Shown here: positions 25,138 to 38,229 of the stretch, one piece after another
Layout of the letters: each line of letters starts with the position of its first letter
Numbering within the stretch: the stretch's first letter is position 1
Assembly: GCF_032444005.1 (NCBI RefSeq)
Contig: NC_091287.1
Coordinates: forward strand, 275,776,001-275,840,000
From: Ranitomeya imitator
Taxonomy: Eukaryota
Direction: 5' to 3'
Length of the DNA: 64,000 bases
Made by a program: the position numbers and the translations under genes
The notes under the pieces: model-generated
Told to the model about the DNA's origin: nothing
Database searches by the model: none
The model's input: the letters and a program-made list of their open reading frames with translations, nothing else

Positions 25138-25975
25138 ATATTGCTCCATATAGAATAATTAGCCCCATATAATGCTCCATACAGTATTATGGGTACCACA
25201 TAGTGCTCCATACAGTTTTACGAGCTCCATGTATTGCTCCATACAGAATAATGAGCCTCATATATTGCTCCATACAGCATAATGAGCCCCTATAATGCTC
25301 CATACAGAATAATGAGCCACATATATTGCTCCATGCAGTATAACGAGCCCCATATAATGCTCAACACAGTATAATGCTCTCCATATAATACTCCATACAG
25401 TAAAATGAGCCCCATACCTTGCTCCATACAGAATGGGCCCCATATATTGCTCCATATAGTATATGATGGTCCCCATACATTGCTCCAAACTCCAAACAGA
25501 AAGGGCCCCATATGAGGCTCCATATATAATGTGCCCCATATTAGGCTTCAGTATAATGGTCCCCATATGATGCTCCATATAATGCTCCAGTATATTATGG
25601 GCCCCATACATTTACAAAAAATAAACTGAAATCCTCACCTCTCCACGCTGGCCGTTGCTCTGCTCTGGACTCCTCAGTGTCAGTGTCTTCTGGCTCTCTG
25701 CACTGCGACTGTTCAGGCAGAGGGCGCACAGACATGTTATCACTGCACCCTCTGACCTGAAATGTCACAGTCAGAAGATGCCACAGTGGTGGAGCGGGAA
25801 GAGGTAAGTATCGCAAATGCTGGAGCCCTGAGCCAGCGGGGGGAGGTGGACTCCTTATTAGCCCATATAGCAACATTTCAGTTCCACAGCAGAGAAAGGT
25901 TATGTTATGGATCTGAAACACTGTCACATGGGCTAATAAAGAGTCCAACACTTTTTTCACAAGTTATCGGAGTGA

Positions 25976-25976
25976 T

Positions 25977-26045
<69 letters not shown>
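25976..26045. repeat. (TA)n microsatellite
   Basis: Direct observation. Confidence 0.98.
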
Positions 26046-26052
<7 letters not shown>

Positions 26053-27139
26053 ATAACAGCTGATACTTTGAATTACACCATGCACACAGGACAGGAGAAA
26101 TATACACAGCATATATACCTCCACAATATATACTGGGGTAAGGAGTATAGTGTGGAGCTATGTATACATTATATAGTGTAGAGATGGGCCATTGTATATA
26201 GTGTGGATTCCACACTATATACTATATACACAGCAACATACTATATAAACATCTGTACATTATATGTACTGTATATACGTACAACTGTACATTATACACT
26301 ATATTAAGACAGCATTATACTATATACTACATTATGTTGCATACATTATATAGGTGACTGTTATATATACATTATATAGGTGATACTGTGATTGGTGTGT
26401 ATAGTTGCACTATCACCTATATAACATATATGCAAACTAAGGAAAAAGAGACGTACTAAATTCCAGGAACCACAAATGATAAGCTAAATAACAAATTTTT
26501 ATTAAAGTCCAAAAAAACACACATATTATAAAACCATTTAAAAACCAGAAAAACACCCCATGAGGGGGTAGCCCCCCCTGGACATGCACATGAATTGTAA
26601 AGGTAAACAATAGTTATAACACAATGGACATAATAATTCAATAACTCTGGTCACACTACAAGAGCTGAGGGATAAAGATATAAAAAATCAACAAAATATT
26701 AGTGCACTGCAGGATGTATTGCGTGTGACAACATAGGTGTGCACAATCAAAGTGTGCTACTGATGCACCAACCCTGATGGAATAAATGGTCAGATGAAAA
26801 ACCTGCAACACAAAAATTGTGGGTGTACCATGCAAAACAAGTAATGCATGCCTCAAAGATTAACAATATATACATAATGGAACATAGCATGTAATACAAA
26901 AGGCTCTCAAACCATTAGTGGCAAGTGTGTGATTGCACATCCCTGAAACCGATGTGAATGACTATTCACAAAACTAAACCCACTTGCTACTGCAGCAACA
27001 TGATCATGTATGAAAACTATATCACGGGTCAGCATGTTGAAAAACATTCCAATATATGGAACACCATCATGTTGGCAAGTACAGCATAATAAGAATGGCC
27101 AAGGGCGCCATGACATAAGACAAAATAATTAAGCCCTAT

Positions 27140-29654
27140 AGCCAAATTTAGATACAAGCCTCAGAAGCATGACCAGAGAGGGGCAAACCATTGTCCAGGG
27201 GGCGTCAAAACCCAACACGTGTCACCATTAGAATATCTTCATCTGGGGTAGAAGTGGTGTTTTCCTCTAAACTGTCCTTCAAGGGGACAACTATCATTGG
27301 GCCATCCTCTCATACTGTAGAGCTTTGCGTGGAATCCGGGGCGGAGAGCAACGTTATGTCTTCTGCCTTCGCCCAACGGCACGCAATCCCTCTGGTGATG
27401 CTCGCCAAACCAGTGACCGTACGAGTGGTAAATGGGTCGATACTGCCCTCACAGATATCATCAGACCATCTCATTTACTCTATCCATGTCTCCATCCCAT
27501 CAGGAGATCATCTCCCTGCTAGTAATTCCTGAGGGAATTGATGAGGTCCTCTTAGGGATACCATGGCTATGCTACCACTCTCCTCATATCGAGTGGTCAT
27601 CAGGGAGAATTCTGGGATGGAGTGAATCCTGTGAGAGTAGATGTCAGAGGAATGTGTTCAGGTTGCTACTATAGAGGTACCCGCAGATCTTTCCTCTCTC
27701 CCCAAACACTATTGGCCCTATGCGGACGTTTTCTCCAGAAGGGCTGTGGAGACCCTTCTGCCTCACCTCCCCTATGACCACCCTATTGACCAACTGCTGT
27801 TAGTGGACAGGCCCTGGGAAATGGTTGGGATGGACTTTGTGATGAGCTTACCCAAGTCCCGAAGCTGCACAGTCAACTGGGTAGTCAGCGACCATTTTCT
27901 CCCAAATGGTGCACCTGGTGCCTCTTCCACAAGTACCTTCTGCATGAGTCTTGGTGGTGTTGTTCATTAAACATGGTTTTTGCCTACATGGTATGCCTGA
28001 CAAACTTGTCGGTCACCGGGGTCCCCAGTTTGCATCTCGGTTCTGGAGAGAGCTTTGTCACCTATTCAGCATTGAGTTGAATCTTTCTTCAGCTTACCAT
28101 TCCAAGACGAATTGATTTGTAGAGAGAGACAAACAGACCTTGGTCACGTATCTGCGACATTTTGTTTCCTGTGCCCATGCCCGTGTCTTCCGCCGAATCT
28201 AGGGTGGCAGACAGGGCGGTGGAGGTATGTGACATTTGGGACCGCACACAGGATGCCATCTGGGCCTCCAAGAAGAGAATGAGGGTTTCCGTCGATGCAC
28301 ACCAGTGCCCCACTTCGGCCTTTGCTCCTGGTGACTAAGTGTGGCTCTCTGGCCATAATATCAGACTGCGAGTTGAGTCCACTAAGTTTGCACCTCGCTA
28401 CATACAGTAGGTCCCTTGAAGGTCCTGGAACAAGTTAACCCTGTGGTCTATCATCTGGCTCTTCCTCCATGCCTAGCTATCACAGACACCTTTCATGTGT
28501 CCCTTCTAAAACCCGTTCTCATGTCCCGGTTTTCCGAGTCGTCTGCTGGGACAACAGGCTCATCTACAGATCAAAATGAGGTTACAGCTGTTTTTCGGTG
28601 CAAGGAGGTACGTGGCAAAAATACTATCTGGTGGACTGGATGGGTCATGACCCTTGAGGACTGGACCTGGGAACCTGTTGAGCACATTCAGGCTCCTCAG
28701 CTCATTGCAGCTTTTAGATGTAGCGAGGCCCAAGGATTGGGGGGATTGTTAGATATTGAGTTCCAACCGCTACACAGGGGGAATTTGGAACCATGTCCTC
28801 TGCGGTCTCCCATTCTTCCTCAGCCAAAGAGGAGCTTGCTGAGCAGATATGTCGGTCCCAGTGTCTTGCTCAATCTGATGCTAAGCGTCTGGTTACTGCT
28901 GCCGTCCCAGGTTCAGCCATTATAACCAGCTTTAATCAGCGGTGAGCAGACGCTCCAGGGACTAAGTCCTGCTTTTTGTCAACTGAAACTGTCCTGATTG
29001 GACCACAGGGAAAGTCCCGGAAAGACGCAGCTATAAATGGTTCCCATGGCCGCTTGGCCATGCTCTAGTATAAATCCAATATTGTATATGTGTGTATGCA
29101 ATCTGATGAAAGCTCCTAATTGATCCCCTTCCCATTCGTTGGGGACAGAGTGTGGGTGAATGAAGCTAACTAGTGCCAGTTTGTGCCATCCAGCACATGG
29201 CACGACAGTACTGCGACTTCAGTAGTCAGAGCGGCACCGTGGGCAAATAGTGCGCTTTCCTGATCCAAGCTTAGGATGGTTTGTGGCGTCCGCCAGAGCG
29301 ACGCTGTACGCATATAGCGCGGTAAATCTTTAAATCTTTTGGTTCGTTTTTCTCTGGCATCGCAGTTGCGGCACAGAACGCTAGTGGGTCTAGAGGGACT
29401 CAAACCTGGTGTCATTGGGGCAGGGTCCTGTGACCAAAACACTAGCGTTCACTCTGCAGTATTGTGGCCCTGTGATGCAACAGTTTCGCCTCCTACATAC
29501 CAGTGAAGTTAAGCCACGTGTGTTTATGTTATACCGCCATATACTGTCCGTCATTACTAAGCAGCAGGTGCCATCTCTGCACAGTGGACCCTGGGCTGCT
29601 AACGCACCTTATATCCTCTTTAATATTATTTGATGCATTCCTCTAGCCCTAACA
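27140..29654 (+). mobile_element. Internally deleted Gypsy (protease, integrase and chromodomain remnants) with 3' LTR at 28747-29654 (family B)
   Basis: CVESGAESNVMSSAFAQRH (protease), PWEMVGMDFV (IN), KVLEQVNPVVYHLALPP, chromodomain remnant; purine tract GGATTGGGGGGAT then TGTTAG...GCCCTAACA. Confidence 0.85.
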
Positions 29655-30700
29655 GGGGGTACATAGGAGGGGGTAAAGAGAACACAGGGGGGTAGAGAGC
29701 TGGGAGCCACAGAGATCACATGGGGCACAGAGATTATATTGGGGCATATAGCTGGTGTCATATAGTTCAGGGGCACAGATCACCAGCAGAAAGTCACAGA
29801 AATCACTTGCAGACAGGCAATAAGCTTCCGGCATAGAGATCGCTCTTGACTCTCTGGCAGCAGCTCCACTTCTGGCTCAGGAGGACGTCATGGGAGAGCA
29901 TTAGGCGCTAACCCTGCCCACCCCTTGACATTTTCATTCATGTGCACACAGCGTTCTGTAATGAACGCCGCATGCACTTGGGAGCTAAACGGCGCAGCTG
30001 GCAGGATAGGGCTGCCACTGGAGCATTGCAGACTCTGGAGACCTGCTCGTGGACTGCATGTGGCCCACGGCCTTGAGGTTTCCCAGCCCATATTTAAATA
30101 GCAGGCGGTGGCAGCCCGCTTTGTATTACAGAGCTGCCAGCTCACCGGGCACCTGCCCGGCTGGGCAGATTAGCAATCTGGCCCTGGATGGATGCATTGT
30201 GAGTGAATGGGGAGACGGATTATAACTGTATTCATATTGAAGAAAGAATACAGCAGGCTGAACATACATCACAGAGAATGTACAGAGCAGTTTTAGTACA
30301 TATACTGTATATGCACACCATTCTGTATACATATAGATAAAAGTGAGTGTTATTTCTGCAGGAATAGCTGTGTTTACAGCTAAATACAAAGTAGCTGTGT
30401 GATATTTGCAAAGCACATCCACAGAGCCCAGATTTGAGATATTTTGACATGACATCACTCTAGGGGCTCGTTCTCATCACCGTGAAAAATGGGGTCCGAT
30501 TTCAGTCCAGACTATTGAAGTGTCATGCAAGTAACATGCGATTTTTATGCAAGTACAATTTGATGTTTCACACCCAGCATCCGATTGACATTCCAATGCC
30601 ATGTGATTGCTGATTGCAACGAGATTTTACATAGAGTAACTCACTGTCATTTACACATTTTTCCAAGAAAATATTCTTTATATATATATATATATATATA

Positions 30701-31135
30701 TAATTGCCTAAGGGCTTTTCCGTCTTTCTGTCTGTCTGTCTGTCTTTCTGTCTGTCTGTCTGTCCAGGAAATCCCGCGCCTCTGATTGGTCGAGGCCACC
30801 AGGCCTCGACCAATCAGCGACGGGCACAGTATCGACGTAGAAATCCCGCGTCTCTGATTGGTCGAGGCCGCCAGGCCTCGAACAATCAGCAACGGGCACA
30901 GCGACGATGATGTCATAAAGGACGTAGAAATCCCACGTTTCTGATTCAGCGACGGGCACAGTATCGACATAGATGTCATAATGGTTGCCATGGCGACGAT
31001 GATGTCATAAAGGTTGCCTTGACCAATCAGCGACGTGCACAGTCTGCCGCAAATTCTGGAATCATCATTGTCCATATACTACGGGGACATGCATATTCTA
31101 GAATACCCGATGCGTTAGAATCGGGCCACAATCTA

Positions 31136-31136
<1 letters not shown>
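30701..31136 (+). mobile_element. Non-autonomous Helitron-type element
   Basis: 3' end CCCGAT-gcgttaga-ATCGGG hairpin followed by CTAG|T; (CTGT)n tract near the 5' end; sits between TA runs. Confidence 0.72.
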
Positions 31137-31186
<50 letters not shown>

Positions 31187-31188
<2 letters not shown>

Positions 31189-32878
31189 GTATATACTCGA
31201 GTATAAGCCGACCCGAGTATAAGCCGACCCCCCTAATTTTGCCACAAAAAACTGGGAAAACTTATTGACTCGAGTATAAGCCTAGGGTAGAAAATGCAGC
31301 ATTTACCAGTGAATTTCAAAAATAAAAATAGATGCTCCATACCGTTCATTATTGCCCCATAGATGCTCCATATACAACTGTGCTATATAGAATGCTCTGC
31401 ACCGTTGATTATGGCCCCATAGATGCTCCTTATAATGCTGTGCCATATATGCTCTGCGCCGTTGATTATGGCCCCATAGATGCTCCTTATAATGCTGTGC
31501 CATATATGCTCTGCACCTTTGATTATGGCCCCATAGATGCTCCTTATAATGCTGTGCCCCATATATGCTCTGCACCTTTATGGCCCCATAGGTGCTCCTT
31601 ATAATGCTGTGCCAGATATGCTCTGCACCTTTGATTATGGCCCCATAGGTGCTCCTTATAATGCTGTGCCCCATTTACACTCTGCACCTTTATGGCCCCA
31701 TAGGTGCTCCTTAGAATGCTGTGCCCCATATATGCTCTGCACCTTTATGGCCCCATAGGTGCTCCTTATAATGCTGTGCCCCATATAATGCTCTGCACCT
31801 TTATGGCCCCATAGGTGCTCCTTATAATGCTGTGCCCCATATAATGCTCTGCACCTTTATGGCCCCATAGGTGCTCCTTATAATGCTGTGCCCCATATAA
31901 TGCTCTGCACCTTTATGGCCCCATAGGTGCTCCTTATAATGCTGTGCCCCTTATATGCTCTGCACCTTTATGGCCCCATAGGTGCTCCTTATAATGCTGT
32001 GCCCCATATATGCTCTGCACCTTTATGGCCCCATAGATGCTCCTTATAATGCTGTGCCCCTTATATGCTCTGCACCTTTATGGCCCCATAGGTGCTCCTT
32101 AGAATGCTGTGCCCCATATATGCTCTGCACCTTTATGGCCCCATAGGTGCTCCTTATAATGCTGTGCCCCATATATGCTCTGCACCTTTATGGCCCCATA
32201 GATGCTCCTTATAATGCTGTGCCCCTTATATGCTCTGCACCTTTATGGCCCCATAGGTGCTCCTTAGAATGCTGCTGGTGCTGCCATAAAAAAAAAAAAT
32301 CACATACTCACCTCTCTTCTCAGGACGCCGGCGCTTTCAATAATTACCTGCTCCTCTGCGGCTCCGTCTCCAGCACTGACGCTCAGCAGAGGGCGCGCAC
32401 TGACTACGTCACAGCGCCCTCTAACCTGAGCGTCACTGCTAGAGGACGCTGCAGACGGAGCCGGAGCCGGAGCGAGGAGCAGGTAATTATAGCGCTGCGC
32501 TCCCCTTACCTGCTGCGGCGCGGTCCCTGCAGTCCCTGGCTTCTCCGGCGCTGCAGCTTCTTCCTGTAATTGAGCGGTCACATGGCACCGATCATTTACA
32601 GCAATGAATATGCGGCTCCTCCCCTATGGGGGTGGAGCTGCCTATTCATTTCTGTAATGAGCGGTGCCATGTGACCGCTCAGTGCAGGAAGAATCTGCAG
32701 CGCCGGAGAAGCCAGGGACTGCAGGGACCGCGCTGGGAGCAGGTAAGTATGATTACACGGCCCCCGCTCCCCCTCCCCTGCTGACACCCGGGTATATGAC
32801 TCGAGTATAAGCCGAGAGGGGGACTTTCAGCCCCAAAAAATGGGCTGAAAATCTCGGCTTATACTCGAGTATATACGG
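31187..32878. mobile_element. Non-autonomous Tc1/mariner (Tc2/pogo-like) element, 1692 bp
   Basis: Perfect 25-bp TIR CCGTATATACTCGAGTATAAGCCGA; TA on both flanks; subterminal copies of CGAGTATAAGCC. Confidence 0.9.
31330..32275. repeat. ~55-56-bp minisatellite inside the Tc2-like element
   Basis: Unit GGCCCCATAGGTGCTCCTTATAATGCTGTGCCCCATATA(A)TGCTCTGCACCTTTAT. Confidence 0.95.
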
Positions 32879-32896
32879 TATATATATATAGATATA

Positions 32897-34140
32897 CAGA
32901 GCCACATGCGAGAGTATTCGGTTCCCTGGAACTTTTCAACCTTTAACCTTTTCCCACATATCATGCTTCAAACATAAAGATACAGATGTAAATTTTTTAG
33001 GAAGTTTCAACAACAAGTGAAACACAATTGAAAAGTTGAACGAAATTTATTGGTTATTTTAAATTTTTCTGGATATTCAAAAACTGAAAAGTGGGGCATG
33101 CAATATTATTTGGCCCCTTTAACTTAATACTTTGTTGCGCCACCTTTTGTTGCGATTACAGCTGCAAGTCGCTTGAGGTATGTCTCTACCAGTTTTGTAC
33201 ATCGAGAGACTGAAATTCTTGCCCATTTTTCCTTGGCAAACAGCTCAAGCTCAGTGAGGTTTGATGGAGATCGTTTTTGAACAGCAGTTTTCAGCTCTTA
33301 CCACAGATTCTCGATTGGATTGAGGTCTGGACTTTGACTTGGCCATTCTAACACCTGGATACGTTTATTTTTGAACCATTCCATTGCAGATTTTGCTTTA
33401 TGTTTGGGATCATTGTCTTGTTGGAAGATAAAGCTCCATCCCAGTCTCAGGTCTTTTGCAAACTCCAACAGGTTTTCTTCAAGAATGGTCCTGTATTTGG
33501 CTCCATCCATCTTCCCATCAATGTTAACATCTTCCCTGTCCCTGCTGAAGAAAAGCAGGCCCAAACCATGATGCTGCCACCACCATGTTTGACAATGAGG
33601 ATGATGTGGTCAGGGTGATGAGCTGTGTTGCCTTTACGCCAAACATATCGTTTGGCATCGTTGCCAAAAAGTTAAATTTTAGTTTCATCTGACCAGAGCA
33701 CCTTCTTCCACATGTTTGTTGTGTCTCCCAGGTGGCTTGTTGCAAACTTTAAACATCACTTTTTATAGATATCTTTGAGAACTGGCTTTCTTCTTGCAAC
33801 TCTTCCATAAAGGCCAGATTTGTGCAGTGTACGACTGATTGTTGTCCTATAGACAGACTGTCCCACCTCAGCTGTAGACCTCTGCAGTTCATCCAGAGTG
33901 ATCATGGGTCTCTTGGCTGCATCTCTGATCAGTCTTCTCCTTGTTTGAGATTAAAGTTTAGAGGGACGGCCTGGTCTTGGTAGATTTGCAGTGGTATGAT
34001 ACTCCTTCCATTTCAGTATGATCACTTGCACAGTGCTCCTTGGGATGTTTAAAGTTTTTTAAATCAATTTGTATCCAAATCCAGCTTTAAATTTCTCCAC
34101 AACAGTATCACGGACCTGCCTGTTGTGTTTCTTGCTCTTA
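32897..34140 (-). mobile_element. Truncated Tc1 (DD34E) transposon with transposase pseudogene
   Basis: TA|CAG...GAGTATTCGG terminus; minus-strand FQQDNDPKH...[15 protein letters not shown] with 34 residues between D and E. Confidence 0.9.
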
Positions 34141-35268
34141 TGGATTAGATAGATAGATCAAAAGCCAGCATTTCATCTGCCGCGTACAGTAAAATCACAG
34201 TGTGATAGGTTAGAATAGGATAGTCATATACACATAGAATAGATAGATATAAAGGTGTTGGTGATATAAGTCATTGTGGCAGTCCATGTACAGCTTACTG
34301 TACATGTATTTAATTAATAAATTATTATTTTTCTGAAAAAACCACGAGGGCTACAGTGTAATTTTCATAATCAGCAGAGGGCAAGCCGACGGCTGGGAAG
34401 GGGGTTTTACCCAGGGAGGTTCTTCAGCTGTATACTAAAGCTTTACTGGCTATTACATGGGGGACCCTAATAATTATGATGTACCCCAATAATTAATAAC
34501 CAGCAAAGGTTAGGCAGACAGCTGCAGGCTGCAGACTGATATTAACAGGCTAAGAAGGGGTCCATCCCAGACTAAAAACATCAGCTCTCAGCTACCTCAG
34601 AAAAGGTGCATCCATAAAATGTACCAAACCTGGAACATAGCCTCCCTCTTCTTCTTTCTCTGGTGTGGTGGCTAAGTGGATTGATAATTTTGGGGGGTTT
34701 ATGTCACCTTTCTATTGTCAGGTAGCATGAAGTCCAGAGGTTAGTAATGGAGAAGGGTCTAAAGATTACTAACTATTTTTATTACCATTACTAACCCCAT
34801 AAAAATTCCTTTAATTGAAAGAATGACACAGACTGTTTAAATGAATCTAAATTAAACCATACTCAAGTTCTCACCCAGTCAGCTGAAGCCAATGTCCCCT
34901 GTAATAGAATTAAAATAATAAACAAAAATATTCCTCACCTATCCGCCGAGAAGATATTAATCCAATTGTCCCACGACAAGAGTAGCTCTGCTACATCTAG
35001 ATGGCAGAATGCATTGTTGCATGATGTGACAATACAGACTGGCATCTGGTAGAAACACTGAGCAGCGTGTGCTAGCGCTACTCAGTGGCTCGTAGTGATA
35101 AACTCCCGTGACATCACTGACGTCACCATGACAGTGAGAAAGATCTCACGCTCGCGGTGCTGACAAAAAGGTCCTGTGAGTTCACAGCTAATGAAATCAG
35201 TTCAACTCACTGACATCAGTGCGAGTGCCGTGGGAAAAGTTCTTAAGGCGCTCACCCTGAAATTATTA

Positions 35269-36010
35269 CCGAATGTACTCAAGTATAAACCGACCCAAGT
35301 ATAAGCCGTGGCACCTACTTTTGCCATGAAAAACTGGGTAAGATTATTGAATCGAGTACAAGTTGGGTATGCATTGTCCCCTCATCCCTATCGTGGTATG
35401 CTTGGCTCCCCCATCCATGTCCTTGAATGCATGGTTCCCCAGATCCTGTCATTGTTGGCATGGCTCCCCAGTCCCTGTTATTGTATGCATGGCTCCCAGT
35501 CCCTGTCATTATATGCATGGCTCCCCAGTCCCTGTCCTAGTATGCATGGCTCCCCAGTCCTTGTCACTGTATGCATGGCCCCCCAGCCTTTGTCCTGGTA
35601 TGCATGTCTCCCCAGTCTCTGTCACTGTATGCATGGCTCCCCAGTCCCTGTCCTGGTATGCATGGCTCTCCAGTCCCTGTCATTGTGTGCAAGGCTCCCC
35701 AGTCCCTGTCCTGGTGTGCATGACTCCCCAGTCCCTGTCCTGATGTGCATGGCTCCCCAGTCCCTGTCCTTGTATGCATGGCTCCCCAATCCTTGTCCTG
35801 GTTTCCATGATTCCCCAGTCCCTATCCTGGTATGCATGGCTCCCCCGTCCCTGTCTTTGTATGCATGGCTCCCCAGTCTCTGTTCTTGTATGCATGGCTC
35901 CCCAGTCCCTGTTCTTGTATGCATGGCTCTCTAGTCCCTGTCCTGGTATGCATGGCTGCCCAGTCCCTGTCCTGGTGTACATGGCTCCCCAGTCCCTGTC
36001 CTGGTGTGCA
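35269..36010. mobile_element. Truncated older Tc2-like element carrying a ~29-bp minisatellite (35385-36010)
   Basis: Degenerate end CCGAATGTACTCAAGTATAAACCGACCCAAGTATAAGCC, then (GCATGGCTCCCCAGTCCCTGTCCTGGTAT)n. Confidence 0.78.
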
Positions 36011-36499
36011 GTATTTATTTTATACTATGGGAGACTTATGTCTTTTTTACTTTGACTGAATTGTATGAGATGCCCCCTACTAACATTATGCGGTAACTTT
36101 TGGGACTGCTAGATTTATTGGCACCTTATTGTAGGTAACCTATATGGCATTATATGAATAATTTTTTTTGTATATGCTTCCCATATTCACTTTACATTAT
36201 ATTGATGTGCTGGTGTTTCTGTTCTCATTATGCCCTCTTATGTCACCTAGTCTTTACTTATGCAGTGGATTTTAAAGTCATTGCTTTGACTTTTGTATTA
36301 ATAAAATGTATTTTTTGGACTTTTACTCCAGTTTCTCTTGTTGTCTTGTTGTAATTATGGAGTGTCCTGAACTTATTGGGCCAAGCTAGACATTATGTCT
36401 TAGTGGTGTTCCCAATCATATGGCTGTGTCATTATGTGTTCTGCTTTAGTATTATTGTTCTTGTGCGATAATATGTAAACGGTTTAATTTAGATTCATT

Positions 36500-36649
36500 A
36501 AAGGATCAAAAGTACAACTCATCCCACAAGAAACAAGCCCTCATATGGCCATTTTAACCAAAAAGTAAAAAAGTTATGGCTCTTGGAAGAATGGGAGCAA
36601 AAAATGAAAATGAAAAAATGGAAAATGCCATGGGGGTTAAGGGGTTGAT
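36500..36649 (+). mobile_element. Right-end fragment of a piggyBac-like non-autonomous element
   Basis: Ends ...GGGGGTTAAGGGGTTGA, a degenerate mirror of the TTAACCCCTT terminus at 62906. Confidence 0.5.
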
Positions 36650-37167
36650 TGCCTGGGAAGCTCCATGGGTAATACACCCTTCCTAGGCTATAAACATATG
36701 CCCCCAGCTGTCCGCTTTTCCTCCACTGATCAATAAAATGTTGAGGGATACCACGCCATTTTTTCAGAAAACAATTTAGTATGTATAAAAATATATGTAC
36801 AATAAACTTCTCAAGCACTTTACTAATTATTGATGTGAAGGACATCTTTATATCTATCTATGCTAAGTGTATATATCTATTCTATCTCTTCTATTTTGTT
36901 GGGTCATGCTGTGATTTTACTGTGAGCAGCAGATGAATTGACGACTTATCAAAGGACATTGGTGTGTAAATATGAGACCACACTCGCATGGTCTGAGTGC
37001 CATGCTCACTTTGACTTGCATTGGTGAATCTCATCTGTTGTACAAAGACAATCACAGCATGTTCTGATTTTTTGCTCAGTACAATTTCAGCTGGGAGAAA
37101 GATCGCACTTGTGTTGTGACTCATAGATTAACATTTTTTATCAGATTGCACTCATCCATTTTCCTTA

Positions 37168-37890
37168 GGGTACCGTCACACAGTGGCATTTTTATCGCTA
37201 TGACGGCACGATTCGTGACGTTCCAGCGATATTGTTACGATCGTGCTGTGTCTGACACGCTACTGCGATCAGAGACCCCTCTGAGAATCATACGTCGTAG
37301 CACATCGTTTGAAACTTTCTTTCGTCGCTGGATCTCCCACTGACATCGCTGAATCGGCGTGTGTGACGCCGATTCAGCGATGTCTTCACTGGTAACCAGG
37401 GTAAACATCGGATTACTAAGCGCAGGGCCGCGCTTAGTAACCCGATGTTTACCCTGGTAACCAGCGTAAATGTAAAAACAACAAACACTACATACTTACC
37501 TTCTGTGTCTGTCCTCCGGCGCTCTGCTTCTCTGCACTGGCTGTGAGCACAGCAGGCGGAAAGCACAGCAGTGACGTCGCCGCTCTGCTTTACGGCTGAC
37601 CGGCGCTGACAGTGCAGAGGAAAGCACAGCGCTGGAGGACAGACACGAAATGTAAGTATGTAGTGTTTGTTTTTTTTACGTTTACGCTGGTAACCAGGGT
37701 AAACATCGGGTTACTAAGCGCGGCCCTGCGCTTAGTAACCCGATGTTTGCCCTGGTTACCCGGGGACTTCGGGATCGTTGGTCGCTGGAGAGCTGTCTGT
37801 GTGACAGCTCTCCAGTGACCACACAGCGACGCTGCAGCGATCGACATCGTTTTCGTATCGCTGCAGCGTCGTTTCAGTGTGATGGTACCC
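37168..37890. mobile_element. PIF/Harbinger MITE
   Basis: TTA TSD (37165-67, 37891-93); TIR GGGTACCGTCACAC; internal ~30-bp-stem palindromes. Confidence 0.9.
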
Positions 37891-38229
37891 TTAGAGATGA
37901 GTATGAGCCTTAAGTCAGATTATTTTCAGCCAGAGATTAAGCAACCAGGGGAGTATCTCACTTTACAGAAGGAATTGAGATAACAAATTTAGTAAAGTGC
38001 TTATCTATGGCAATTAGTTCACATTAAATAGACTTGTAAATTAGAGGCCATCCCCTTTATCATTTTGAGAACAGTAAACTCATTACACATATATCCAAAA
38101 AAGGACAACGTTTTCACTCCAACTTGCAAAATCCATTACCTCTTCACTTTCAAAACAGCACACATGTATCTGCTCCCTTAATAAAGGGATTATTTTTGGA
38201 CAGCTTGTGAAGAAGGTATTACTTCTTAA

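Larger units (their letters stand above)
21209..25610. repeat. ~31-bp minisatellite (ATGAGCCCCATATATTGCTCCATACAGAATA) at 21209-21380 and 24341-25610, interrupted by L2 insertions
   Basis: The same unit lies on both sides of the L2; it is followed at ~25610-25870 by a non-autonomous DNA-transposon-like core. Confidence 0.88.

Noticed and set aside
35308-36059. Overlapping repetitive ORFs on both strands
   Set aside because: Translations of the 29-bp minisatellite.
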